Shown here in pieces: positions 1-12,200 of a stretch of DNA of 64,000 nucleotides. The translations under genes and the position numbers were made by a program. Under the pieces are notes generated by a model. It was not told the origin of the DNA, did no database searches, and saw nothing but the letters and a program-made list of their open reading frames with translations. Within the stretch, counting starts at the first letter, position 1. Every line of letters begins with the position of its first letter. Origin of the DNA: Novakomyces olei (taxonomy: Eukaryota); NCBI GenBank assembly GCA_016906335.1, contig JADEYG010000003.1:62001-126000 (forward strand), given 5' to 3'.

Positions 1-475
1 TTGCTACAACTTTAGGCCGTTTGCGTAAAGATTTCGGGCCAAACGTCGTATCAAAAGGCTCGCTTTCAATAATATTTGCTTTCACCGGCCGCTCAGACGT
101 TTCCAACAGGCTCATTGGCAGCTTGTTCCGTTTCAATAGCACAGTATAAGGATCAGCACTTTGTCCCGCCATCCGTTCTCGGAATTGAGTCAAAGCATCT
201 TGGCTAATGACGCGTGTGTTGTTGAACCACCGCCGGTCTGGATTCACACGGGCTTTGGGGACCTCTGTTGACTGAAAGGCGGCTTCTTGCACTATATCGC
301 CCTGAGCGTTGCGTCTAGCATGGCCGCCCTTTAACAAATTTACTTGCTTTGCTTTCTTTGCATCGCGGTAGAAATTTTCGCCTTTAACGCGCAAATTAGA
401 CGCTTTTGCTGCATTCTCGTTTCCTGCACTTGTCTGCCGCGCTCTTCTATTTGCCTCCTTCTTTCCCGTTCCCAT
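1..475 (-). CDS. NOG2: Nucleolar GTPase Nog2 (5' part; gene runs off the window)
   Basis: Manual translation from ATG at 475: MGTGKKEANRR...NLRVKGENFYRDAKK...ARVNPDRRWFNNTRVISQDAL...VLLKRNKLPMSLL...FGPKSLRKRPK. This matches the NGP1NT N-terminus of Nog2. Not in the ORF track because it is truncated. Confidence 0.95.
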   Translation of the reverse strand, partial: MGTGKKEANRRARQTSAGNENAAKASNLRVKGENFYRDAKKAKQVNLLKGGHARRNAQGDIVQEAAFQSTEVPKARVNPDRRWFNNTRVISQDALTQFRERMAGQSADPYTVLLKRNKLPMSLLETSERPVKANIIESEPFDTTFGPKSLRKRPKVVA

Positions 476-1229
476 TTTGCAAAAGAGGCAGATAGATTAA
501 TTTTTCATTTGCTATTTTTTAAATATATTGATTTTTTTGTCTTCATGCTATTTTCTAAACCCTCCAAGATAGGGTTATCCATAATATGCTATACTGCAAA
601 TTACGAGCTAATCATAGGACTTTATTATCTGAAATCTCTGCTATACAGGAAACGCAACGCGAATTTGAATGAATTTTACTTTTGAAGCAAACCAAGTAAT
701 CACCCGACACCGATGATTTGATCACGGGCCCGTATACTTTTAAATGGACTGGACCTGACGTGTTACCAAAAACTGGGCGCCGTCTGGAAAAATCGAGTCT
801 TGTCTCTGCCCACAAGCGCCTTGGTCGATGGGGACAGCACACATTTCAATAATGGCACTTGAGAACAAAAAGTTATTGTCTATTGTGAATTGGATTGTTA
901 GGATTAGGGCTTTAATTACTTCCATTGGAACACGTATGAGCATTATTATGATAAAGACAGATACTTTGTGCGAGCGCCCGAGCACAAGTCTAAATCGTGC
1001 AGTGTATTCTTCTTCAACGTAGAGATTCGCTAATCGATAGTCTAGCAGTCATAAACGGACTACTACTTACTTGAGCGAATGAATAAAAGTCCTCGCCAAA
1101 AATGTAAATGCAATTTCTTAAAAATGAAAAAACGCTCTCAATTCAAATAACATTTCCAAAAAATTAAACAAATATCCCTTAATCATTATAGTCTACGCGT
1201 TTATATTCGACTTGATACCTCGTGTAATC

Positions 1230-2915
1230 CTATCCCATGAAAATGTTCCAGTTTTGTTCAAACATAACAGTGCGCCAGCCTCCAAGGTCTTGAATAGTGA
1301 TCGACGGTGAGGCGTCCAGCAACTGCCAGACCTTTGCTACAAGTTCGAAACCCTTTATCATGTTACCAAATTTTAATCGCCGCTCAATAGCAGCAAATCG
1401 CGACTGCACAAAAGTCCGGTTTGGCCCGGGAGCAATGTAGCAGGCGGCTTCTACCAAAGGCCAACAGTGAACTGTGAGAAGGGGTGAAGTTTCTGGGATT
1501 GACTGCATATACTCGACAATTCGTTCGGCTAAACGATAAGGCAACTGCGGATCTTCCTCCGGTACAAATGAAGGGATATGCGTATAAAGAAATATCAGCA
1601 TTGCCATACGATAACACTCGGCTGTTGACTGAACTCCGAAAGCCTGTTGCATGTTTTCGAGCACTCCCATTGGAGGCTGTGGAGGCTTCCACATCATCAA
1701 ATCTTCCGTGAGTGCGAGCAGCTTCTCCAACCGATCTGCCGTCGGATTCTCTTGGTACAGAAATATATAGTGTACAAGCAAAGGGATCCTGACAAAGACC
1801 CATTCCGCCGTCCCCAAGATTGGGTCCACCCGTGCAATCGCTGGTGTGGAAACAAGGTTATTTTGGTCAAGAGTAGCGTAATTCCGGTCGGGTAAAAGAC
1901 TCGGCATAGCTGCTGTTGGATTTGGCAGAGAAAGTGAAGCAATTGCATACTGATAAATCCACATTGATCTCACAAACTGAGCGACGCCAGACGAAACTCC
2001 GACAGGGACCACCAGTAGGTTATTCAACAACCTTTCGCAAGCATAAATATGCTCTTCTCCACACCTGGTTTTGGAGTCCCATACTTCGATCCAGCTGAGA
2101 CACATGATTGCCGCTGCAATTGAATCAACGTTTTTGTTTACCGCTAAAGCCTTTTGAATACCACCGATACTGCGGGAAGTAAACTCGATTCCCTCGCGAA
2201 TATAGCCTAAATGGTGTGCAGCCATCCCGCACAGGGCGTAGGCAAGGTAGGAACTATTCCTTGCCGCTGGAAGTACGTCTTTAACCCAAGGATTGACGGT
2301 GGAAATAGCTACCATGGGAGCCGTGTAGCTCGAATACATGGCTATGAAAACGTCGAGTATATTAAAAGCAGGAGACGACGGGATTAAGGATTCCATATCG
2401 CCCCGGGACTGGGTATCAATGACCCCATCCACTAAATCTCCGTCATCTTCTGACTTGGGGCTCGCACTGGCTCTTCGTGACCGTGGCCGATTAACGATTC
2501 TCATCGGCAACCCGTCGGGGTATCCGGCACACTCGATATTTTTCGATGAGCAGTTCCTGCACTACACACGGTAAGCATACAAATGAATTTGGTACAAGAG
2601 CACGCGGTCACCATGAGAAGGGCAAAACAAAACTTTTATTGCAAGAGCTACTAAAAGCGTAGATAAATTGAGTAGATAAAACACAAATGCGAAATAAATA
2701 AATTAAATAAAAAAATTAAATTAAATTAAATTAAAAAAAAGCAGAGCGGAGAGCCATACTTTAGGTTTAGTCTCGTCGCATTTTAGTCGTTTTCGTTTGC
2801 ACGTAAAACAGCCCATACGGCTGTTTTGCCGCGGGGGTCGTGTGATTTTTGGCTTGCTAGGCGCAATGCGAGCAATTGCCACCTTTGGCCGAGCGCAAAG
2901 AGCGTTCTGCTCCAT
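1230..2915 (-). CDS. Zn(II)2Cys6 transcription factor with a fungal-specific TF domain; 2 exons (2915-2760, 2561-1230)
   Basis: Exon 1 ends GCFTCKRKRLKCDETKPK|GTATGG. Exon 2 starts after TAG with CRNCSSKNIECAGYP, completing the six-Cys cluster in frame with the 426-aa ORF. The C-terminus resembles Fungal_trans_2. Confidence 0.9.
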
Positions 2916-3310
2916 CTTCCCAAAAGGTACTCGTCGAATACGTCGCAAGATCCGAGAAGCCCCGTGCCTTACGCCCAGCAAGCGGGCCTTTCAATATACT
3001 GCGATTTAAACGGGTTCTTGTATAGCACTGGAAGCTCCACGTCCGTCACCAACCGTCCAATCGACTGGCCTTCACTGTTTCCGAGCCCCCGCACTTTTGT
3101 ACCATCTGTTTGGCCGACAGATCTACTGCTGAGCCCTGCTGCCGTTCGAGCCCGCGACCAATTTTCTCTGCAGATAAGATTTGGTGATAAGAAAACCCGT
3201 GCGCTTCCATATACAGTAACCGACTCCGACGCGAGAACCAAAGTAGTTTAGCGCGCACTAATACTTGTCTGTCGTACAAGTAATAACGACCCGTAGACTG
3301 CTGCGCCCTA

Positions 3311-3376
3311 AATTAATTTGCCAATCTATTCTGCCAATTTATTCTGCCAATTTAATCTGCCAATTTAATCTGCCAA
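3311..3376. repeat. About 5 tandem copies of a 13-bp unit (ATTTAATCTGCCA-like) upstream of the Zn2Cys6 gene
   Basis: Read directly from the sequence. Confidence 0.85.
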
Positions 3377-4374
3377 ATTGACGCTCGCTCCAGCCCGTTT
3401 GCCATATAGATAGATAGTATGGGCATTGTTCTCGAGTCTGCAACGTCTCGTGGTCGTTATATATGCGCGCTAATGCGCGCTATCAAATCCGATTATCACG
3501 CTAGTCAAAAAATTCCTCTTTTCGAGCTTCGTGGCCGAATTAGCTATTGGCCTGTGACACGAATTAGCAGTTTACGATCAACAACAATACACGTCTGAGT
3601 CACTGTCTCCCAGACTTGAGCTTTCTCATAAACTGGCGCATATTTCGGGCACGAACTTATAGTATAGTATATTCAAAAAATAGTACTTTTTAACTTTAAT
3701 GCAAGTCTATGATATACCCACCCAAAAGGAAACGCAAAGCCAGGAACGGGTAACACGAGCAAACGTGGTGAAAGAGGCAATGCAAAAACGACCCGAAAGC
3801 GAGCAGTATAGGAAATGTGCTGTATACAACGAGAGGATCGACGAAATCAAAGAGATTCAGCGTAAAGAGCCACATAACCAGCCAATAAGCATCCAGTTTT
3901 ATTCCTATCGCGCAGTTGAGCGCTCGTCTGCCGCGTGTCTCGCTCTACCCCGCACTACGCTAAACCATTTCCAGGGCTAATGCCTCGAGCGTAAAAGGGT
4001 CTACATCCATTCCGGCTACTCGTAGGCAGTTGCGTAAAAATATTTTGAACATTTGATTTACTAGCAGGCATGGTAGTAAATAAATATGATGATATAAACT
4101 AAAATTCCCCTTCATCCCAATATTGTTGTGTACACATTTGACCGAAAATAAAGCAACGAATAGAAACCAAGTCTGCTCGTAAGCAGAAACTAAACATGAC
4201 AGTGATCCGCCAGTATTGGCATCTCAACAGCCATCCACCGATAACGGATTTTAATTCCCCACATTATTCCTTGTCTTTTCAAGACCATTTCTCTCTTTCT
4301 TTTTCTTTTTTTTCCTTTTTTATTTTGTGTGGGAGTTTCGGGTGGGGTCAAGCTCGGTAATTTCTTGGCCACGC

Positions 4375-6405
4375 TCACTTGCAGCAGTGGCTAGTGCCAT
4401 TGCTCCCATTGGCATGTGCCCCATTTGTACCATTCTTGTGTACCGCTGCCCCGTTTGCCTTGTCGCTGATGGCAAGAGTCGAAGTTCCGTCGACCAGAAC
4501 GCTGCTCGGGGGCACATCGAGGCAAGGGTTCTTCTCAAAGAAATGACTAGCTCGCAGCAATAAGCTCACGGGCTCTGCGGGCATAATCGGGAAATCTTCT
4601 GGACGTGGGAAATGCGTTAGTCCCATGTTTACCCACACAACAATATCCGTATTCTCCACTGGCTCCTCCGCCGCCACCCAATCCAGGATATTTGTGTTTT
4701 CCGGATTCTGTTCTCCGCTCGTTTGAGGCACAAAGTCTCCAGCGGGATACAGCTGCCCGTCACGGTACTGTGTGACCCAGATTGACTTGCGAGCGAATCC
4801 CGCCCGCTTCCATACTAAACTGCCCGGCTTGGCCATGAGACGAGGATTTTCACGGCAGACGACAGAGTACCCCACTGGTTTACCAGATGTTGCATTCAGC
4901 TTATTCGGGTTGACAATGCTCCATGTACGCATAGTGTCATGGTTATAATCATAGCCACCCGCCCGTTCAATTGTAGTCTTTTTGCTGTAAAAGGCGTTGC
5001 CATAGTAGTTGCCCTCACTGCCAACTTCGTCCTCGCCAGAGACGGCATCAGACTGGACAACAGAGTTGTTTTGCCCATCGATGCTCGGGTCGATACGCAA
5101 GTTGAAAATGTGCTGGTGATTGTGGGCAATTACGCCAGGGTTCACCATCGTTCCGTACCGGCTCGGGCTCTCGTCCGGTGCTACACAGTAAGTATTGAGG
5201 ATCCCAGTTAGCCGGAGCTCTGGCTGCACTGTCCCGTCCTGGTGGAAGGTCCAGTAGATCATGTACTCGTAATTGGCAGCGGTAAAGATTTGGGAAATAA
5301 CGAGTTTTGTTGCACGAGTAACAATGTGCGACTGGTCACGAAAGTCAGTGTGCTTAAAGAGCACTCCATTGTCCTCCTCGTGGATACATACTGCGTTTTT
5401 AATGACTGCTGGGTCACCGCTGCGGGTGTTGATGATGCCGTCGAGGTAGTGGATACTGCCTTTGCAGTCACAGCCAAGTTCCAGCGAGTTGGACATGAAC
5501 CCCATCCCGTACTCGCCCACGTCAAATGCATGTTTGCGCTGGTGAGGCCGGGAGGGGTCACCATAAGGCACAACCATCTCGGACAGGCTGAGCCGGTAAA
5601 AGAGGGGCCGATTGAACAGAGTTATATTGTTCAAGACAATACCCTCACGGTGGTTGAAGCCAATATGCATCTTGAACCCCTGCCAAGAGATCTCGTTCCC
5701 GTCCATTGTGAAATTAACGCCCTCTGGCTGTGAGACGTTGATGGGCTTGTTGTCGCGAAAAGTGTGGATAAACTGGGGCAGATAATTGCTCTGCTCCATC
5801 GGCACAGGCGTACGCTCAAGCTTGCTGCCCACGGGCTTGCGTACGTCAATGGCAATCACTTTACGCCTCTCCGTATCCACAACAGGGCAGAAGTCAAGTG
5901 GGTGAGCGTACTGGAAATCGTCACGTGACACGCGGTAGTACATGAGCGCCTGCTGCAGCCGCACACTGCTCCCAAACCGCTCATCGTACCCGACAGCCCA
6001 CGGATCACAATACACCTTGGACATGTCCGTTATACCGAGCGTTCGGCACTGCTCAATGACGTCAGCGTCGGCACGGACTACCTTCTCCGTCTCCACCAGA
6101 TCCTCGGGCGAGATTATCGGCTGTACGCCAAACTTTTCCTGCCACGCTGTGACTTTGGCGGCAGCGGTTGGGCCGAGCAGGACACGGCCTGCAAATAAAC
6201 GGCCCTCGCCTTTTTCGAGAACCACAATCTGCGCCTCTCGAGCCGGAGTTTCGCCTCCCTCGTAGAACTGCAAGAGCGCTTTTTTGGCCGGCTCTGCTAG
6301 CATTATACAGTTGAAGACGAGATCAAGACTCGGCTGGTAAGCTCGGGCAGCGGCCGCTGCCCGAGTAATCTCGGCCGCGCTCAGCGGGTCTAATGGGTGG
6401 ACCAT
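4375..6405 (-). CDS. Copper-containing (TPQ) primary amine oxidase
   Basis: 676-aa intronless ORF: HPLDPLS start, SLSEMVVPYGDP, TAANYEY (TPQ precursor motif), HNHQH copper ligands, THFPRPEDFPIMP. Confidence 0.97.
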   Translation of the reverse strand: MVHPLDPLSAAEITRAAAAARAYQPSLDLVFNCIMLAEPAKKALLQFYEGGETPAREAQIVVLEKGEGRLFAGRVLLGPTAAAKVTAWQEKFGVQPIISPEDLVETEKVVRADADVIEQCRTLGITDMSKVYCDPWAVGYDERFGSSVRLQQALMYYRVSRDDFQYAHPLDFCPVVDTERRKVIAIDVRKPVGSKLERTPVPMEQSNYLPQFIHTFRDNKPINVSQPEGVNFTMDGNEISWQGFKMHIGFNHREGIVLNNITLFNRPLFYRLSLSEMVVPYGDPSRPHQRKHAFDVGEYGMGFMSNSLELGCDCKGSIHYLDGIINTRSGDPAVIKNAVCIHEEDNGVLFKHTDFRDQSHIVTRATKLVISQIFTAANYEYMIYWTFHQDGTVQPELRLTGILNTYCVAPDESPSRYGTMVNPGVIAHNHQHIFNLRIDPSIDGQNNSVVQSDAVSGEDEVGSEGNYYGNAFYSKKTTIERAGGYDYNHDTMRTWSIVNPNKLNATSGKPVGYSVVCRENPRLMAKPGSLVWKRAGFARKSIWVTQYRDGQLYPAGDFVPQTSGEQNPENTNILDWVAAEEPVENTDIVVWVNMGLTHFPRPEDFPIMPAEPVSLLLRASHFFEKNPCLDVPPSSVLVDGTSTLAISDKANGAAVHKNGTNGAHANGSNGTSHCCK

Positions 6406-6825
6406 TGTGCTGTAAATTTGTAGACTTTCGCTTAATCTTTAAGCTTATCTTTAAGCTTAGTCTTTAAGCTTAGGCTCTCGGCTTTGTGGGTGTCAGTTCC
6501 GTAATGTAGAGTCTGCTCACTGCTCCGCCCGTATGCTAATCGCACGAAAGAGAGGCGGAGGTAGAGTATACGCGTGGGACAGAGGCAATTGGGACAATGA
6601 CAGTTGTCTTGCGGGCGGGCGGTCCCGGTATTTATACCATTACTGGCTGTGCGCTAGACTCGTCGCCCGGCACAGCCTTATCGCGATTTGCCCCACGCGC
6701 TACGAGATAAAAGGTTATGATTTGACTGATCGGTAACGGGGGAAAGGCGCGCACGAATCACACGCCGCCATTGGTTCCCGGCCAATCGGAATCCTTGTAG
6801 CGCCATACAGGAAATGGACAGATTA

Positions 6826-6925
6826 GTAAATGGACACATTGATATATGGACACATTGATATATGGACAGCATAATATATGGACAGTTTAATATATGGACA
6901 CATAAATTTAAGTATAAAATGGACA
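6826..6925. repeat. Imperfect ~16-17-bp tandem repeat (ATATATGGACACATTG) upstream of the amine oxidase
   Basis: ATGGACA core repeated at least 6 times. A second short TCTTTAAGCTTA repeat lies at about 6435-6472. Confidence 0.8.
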
Positions 6926-8290
6926 GATTACTAACGAGCGTATATGTAATGCTGTTTATGCGCTAATAACAAACGACATAAAGCACACTCGCTCTATCAA
7001 TTACTTGTTCCGAGCGTTCAATATGGTGCGACTCCAAGATGGACCAGAGCAAGTGCGAATAAATTGGATAATAGCTCTTGCAGGCTATTTGCTTTTGCAA
7101 GGCTTTTGTTGATAAAAGCTAGTCCGTCACAGATATAAAGCGCGTTTACGTTTAGTGCGTACTACCGTTTTTTTACAGATGTTTCAAGTTTAGATCGAGC
7201 TTAGCGCCTGCCTAAAAGGCGGGGGTTTGCTTGATTTTATAGATACAGTGGATCATGTGGATACTGTAAAAAAATGATCGTCTTTATTTGGTATTTTGTT
7301 CATCTTTGTCTCTTGCTTTCGGCTCTTGCTTTAGAATAGCACATGCTCGCGCTCAACAAAGGCCCTCATCGATAAATCATTCCATTTATTTGCCGTGTAA
7401 AGTTGATTGGGTATTCACTACATATAAGTTTTGTTCTTTACGTCAGTTTATTATACCTTCTAATCTGTACGCCAGGATTATGACTGACCAAAATCTACAT
7501 CCCTTTTATGCAGGGTTTCGAGATTGCCAAAACACTCAAATCACGTCATGGTCAATCATGAAAAGTGTAACAACGGCCGTCTGTATAGCAATTGCGATGA
7601 AACAGAGTCCACCAATAATATTGCTCAATCTATGTACTCCCGCCCACGCATTGTTGTGTGGATAAACCGCTCGCAAGTAATCGTCGACCCGAGTATTTTT
7701 TTTCTCTTGGGCGTATCGCAGGGTATATACAAATAAAAGCATTGGCAATTATTGGAGAAACCTAGTCTATAAGAACACCAGTATAATTTATTTACGGCTC
7801 TCCTGAATATGAAGACTACAGGATTTATGTGTGGCATGACGCTATGCCCGCAGTTCTCGCTTATATTTCCGCTTATAGCAATAAATAATAGCTCTTTGGG
7901 TATAACAAGCGAGAGTGCTGTTTTAACGGCGACCAAATCTTGCAATTGTGCAATTTAATTTAGGCTTGGATTTTATCGTGTGTGAATAGTCGCGATGGTG
8001 ATAATTGATAATATTCGTTTCATGTGGAGAAAAGTCCGACCTAAGCTCGCGGCGTTTGAAAGTAGAAAGAAAAAATGTCAAATCTGACAAAAGGCCCCAG
8101 CTTAGAGAAAGGCCTAGTAGTAAACAAAAGCCCTCATGCTTGCCTATAAGAGCATTGGGCTGCCCAGTTTCCCAAGCGATCCCTTATTTTCACATCCAAT
8201 ACAAACAAGCTCATTTTGAACTCGCAGTGCTCAGAGCTTTTGCGCTCGCTGCCGTCGAGCCTGGAATTGAGGGACTATTTTACCAACACA

Positions 8291-8821
8291 ATGGGTGAAG
8301 GCATCTTTAGCCAGCTTGCTCCGATGGAAACTCGTTTGAGCGCTCAGATTTCTGCAGTGTGCGACGACGTTACTACACTGAGAACACAATTCACGGCATT
8401 TGGCGCAGACCTCAACGGATGTATGTTTGATTTATTATAAATTTAAGTTTTCTAATAAAATCAGTGACTACAACAACAAAGCAAGAGTCGCGAATAGTCA
8501 CATTCGCAATATAACGAGCAGAATTACTCCGTTGAAAGCGCAGTTCACTAACACTGCCATTGTCGATTTCCCGATAACAGTTCATGAACTGAATTCTTTG
8601 AGCAGTAGGTGTTTAGAGCATGGGTGTTTTTTTTATTAATATTTTTGGGGAAGGTTTGCTTTTGGTTTTCTTTCAGTTTAGTCGCTACATTGAAATTTAT
8701 TGATTTTGGCGTATTTGAATGTAAAAAATTCGGAGCATATCATTTCCTGTGGCCACAGAGTCGAAAAATACGTAAAGCTATACCTTCATTGTTTGCAAAA
8801 CTTTCGCATATTTGCCGATAA
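8291..8821 (+). pseudogene. Degenerate paralog of the DUF1773/Mug135-like gene at 18737-19427
   Basis: Middle exon 8465-8604 reads DYNNKARVANSHIRNITSRITPLKAQFTNTAIVDFPITVHELNSLS, flanked by CAG| and |GTAGGT at the same positions and phases as in the 18.7-19.4 kb gene. Exon 1 (donor GTATGT at 8421) and exon 3 appear out of frame. Confidence 0.6.
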
Positions 8822-9279
8822 TTCAAATCAAGAGAGTAATTCGGTAATATTAGTCTTATACGTTGAAAATAATCGGGGCTGGAAAGACATTTAAGATCTC
8901 CATTTCATAATTTATAAATTCATTTGTTGCTTGTGTGTACGTAGAGCGAGAATGGGCATGCACCAATGCCGCGTACTAGTTTCTTTTTACCGTACGTAAT
9001 AAATTGATAGGAACTGGGAAATTCATACCAAGCAGACATACTAGATGATTCAAGCATTGTTATTAGACAATCAGCTTCATTCAGAATTGCATTTTAATAC
9101 ACTTTGTATCATATTCCAAACTCTTCTCCGAAACAAAACAAAACACAACCAATCGCGCACGGGAACCCTAGCACGATTCCGCGCTATATAGATATCTAGC
9201 ATGTAATTCAAAACTGCTTTCCTTCAATTTTCTCTGTAACGCTTTGTCACTTTATCCTTCTCCTGCCATATATAAGGCT

Positions 9280-12200
9280 CTATTTATTCCTCCTACCCGT
9301 CCTCAATCGGCGCCACAAGTGAGAAGGGGATATGCGACGGAGCAGATCATGTTCACGAATCCATGTGAAAATGTACGCCAATGAATAATTAAAAACAACG
9401 TATGCCAGGAGAATACCAAAATTCCGCCATTTCGTCCCTGGATCGATCGGAATCTGACCAAGGTACTCGCCGCCAATCCGGTAAGCGCAATAGTCGCAAG
9501 AGTCCTGGCCAAACGGGTTCACCAAATATCCAGAGGCCCCAGCGATCCAATCGCCAGCAAAACTAGTGCAAGTCTCGCCAGGAGGAATCAAGAACCTTTG
9601 TGTTTCCATTGCGGTACATTCGACTCGACGATTCTTCAAGAGGGTCCCGATAACACCCGAGGTATAATAATACATGGGTGTCAGGTAGGGCATCCAGTAC
9701 CGCCAAAAGACAGGAATCAGCCGGATCCGCTGAGTGACGCCAGTGAAGAGGTCATACGTAACCAAAATCAAGGGCACAACTTTGCTCATGACGGCAAAAG
9801 ACGGAGCAATCATAGAAAACGCTAGGGCCAGGCTATTGATGTAGATCAAAAGTGTAAGCAGCATCAAAAAGCTATACCCGCTCACGCTGGCGGCCACAGG
9901 CATGCCCATGGGAAAGTACCAGAGGACCCAGTAAAGTGTAGCTGTCAGGATACCATACGGCAATTCGACCACAACTATTCCAGTAACAAAAGCTGACCAA
10001 TGGTAAACTTTAGCCGGCCGCTCTCGCGCCACATAGACCTGTCGTAAGTCTGTGTACTTTGCGATAAGCGTAAAGAGCAATGCAGCAGGAATAGTAACAA
10101 TCATAAAGGCAGCAAAAAGGATCTTTTCCACACTCAAAATAGACGCGTCCAACCGGAAGAACGTAAAGCTGACAATAATTGCCTCAAAGCAAGCAGTAAA
10201 CACTTTTGAAAACGTATACTCTGCATCCCGCCAGTAATTACGAAAGAGCCGTAGGGTTACATAGTACATTTGAGTCCACAATGAGGCAGCAAACTCGCGT
10301 GAGTCGTCTCCTCCTTTTCCAGATTTCGTTGTGACTGTGTACTTTGCTTCCTCTAATGAGCAAAGCTGCTGCTCTACCGCACTCGACTCGGCCGATACTT
10401 GCCACGCATCTGCCGCTGAATGAGCAGATTTGCCACCGTGAGCTGTATCAATCAGCATATCTGCTTCATTGCCAGTTGAAGGTCGGGCCAGGTACTGCGG
10501 CACTTGGCCGCGGTCACCGAAATAAACAGTCCGGCCGCCACTGAGAGCCAGGACCCGGTCGAACAGGGAGAAGAGCGTAGCACTTGGCTGGTGAATGGTA
10601 CAGATAATGGCCAGTTGCCGGCTGTCTGCCAGTTTCCTCAGGAATCGGACTATATTATACGCAGACTGGGCATCCAGCCCGGACGTTGGCTCATCCAGAA
10701 ATAGTAGACAGTCCGGCCGGGAGCATAATTCGACACCAATAGTGACTCGTTTCTTCTCCTCCACCTGCAAAGTTTCAATTTCCGCGTCTTTGATATCTCG
10801 CAGCTCGAGTAAATCAAGCAGTGACTCAACTGTCTCCAATTTTTCCCGTTGGGAAACGTGGGCTGGCTGGCGCAGCATGGCAGAAAACACAAAGGCCTCT
10901 TCCACACTGGCCTTGCCGTCATGAATATCCATTTGCTCACAGTAAGCAGCTGTACGAGTGAAGGCTGGAGTCAGTGGACAGCCGTCAAACAGAATTGAAC
11001 CCTCTATTCTGCCCAGGCCAGAATTTCGTTGCGCCAGAGTGTTTAGGAGCGTTGTTTTCCCAGCACCAGAAGATCCAATTAGCGCTATCATCTCCCCGGG
11101 TTTAGCCCACCCATTTACACCGGAAAGAAGACGCCTAAAATCGCCATTAGGCAGGGCCACAGTCAGTGAGAGATTGTGCCACGTAAAGACATGTTGAGGC
11201 TGATCCAGATTGTCAATAGCTTTATTTTCAATAGCTTTATTTTCAATAGCTTTATTGTCAATAGCTTTATTTTCAATAGCTTTATTTTCAATAGCTTTAG
11301 AGGCAGGTCCCCGATTCTGGCGGCTTGATACACTCTCTTTGCCAGAGTGCGTCATGGCTTTTGCACTGCCATTGACATTATCGGTTTTGTTTCCTTCTTC
11401 CCTGCTTGAGCTGCCATTCGTCGTTTTAGTATTTGGACTAGTAGTTGCCTTCTCCGTATCTGAAGTAGAATTCACCTTTAGATTGTCCTTTGTGTCTCCT
11501 CGGGTTTCAATATCCCGAGTCTTCTGCCTCCGTACGAGCTCCAACGGCCTCGGACCTGAGTGTACAAACCTGACCCGCTCAAGAGCCACGATTTCAATCA
11601 CAATATAAGCCACCGTCCAGGCAATCACAATGCCGAAATTCCGCCAAATATGATGGGCCGAGTACCCATACCGCAATCCCACATACTCTGAGCCCCTTAC
11701 AAAGGCCTCGCCCGGCCGAGCTCCAGTGGCAGTGCAAGTCTGATGCTGCAATGTGTAGCGCGGGCCCTGTGGGACCATTGCGTCTGGCGTACAGGCAAAG
11801 AGCTGTCCCGAGTACTCGTTCGCCATTACTGCCTCATAAGCAAATCCGATAGGATCCAGGTACTGGAACCATCCGAACCAGGGCACTCTGCTCAACATTT
11901 GGTTTTTAGGGATAATATACCCCATAAACACGAGGCACGCGTCGAGGTAAGCTACACAGTACCTAATAGCCACAGGGAAACTTGGGCTCAAAGCCGCAGC
12001 ACATCGGTAGAGGCAGGTTAAGCATAGTGTAAGTACGTAAACAAACACGTAATAAGTAAAGAAATGACCTGCTGTGCGCTGGAAATTGCACATAAAATAA
12101 GCAATAATGGAAAACAAAAAAGTCTGAATAAAAAGTAACGGGATATCCACAAGGACCCGGCCGAGGGCGACTGCTGCTGGCCGGTAAAAGGCATAGGCCC

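Noticed and set aside
586-1090. Coding-looking fragments on the plus strand divergent from NOG2
   Set aside because: I could not build an uninterrupted spliced ORF or recognise a family. It may be a small gene or a relic.
5580-5600. Alternative CUG decoding
   Set aside because: CTG occupies the conserved Leu of SLSEM in the amine oxidase, consistent with the standard code. Only one site was checked.
7288-7945. Short hydrophobic ORFs (possible transporter relic)
   Set aside because: No recognisable motif and the frames do not join.
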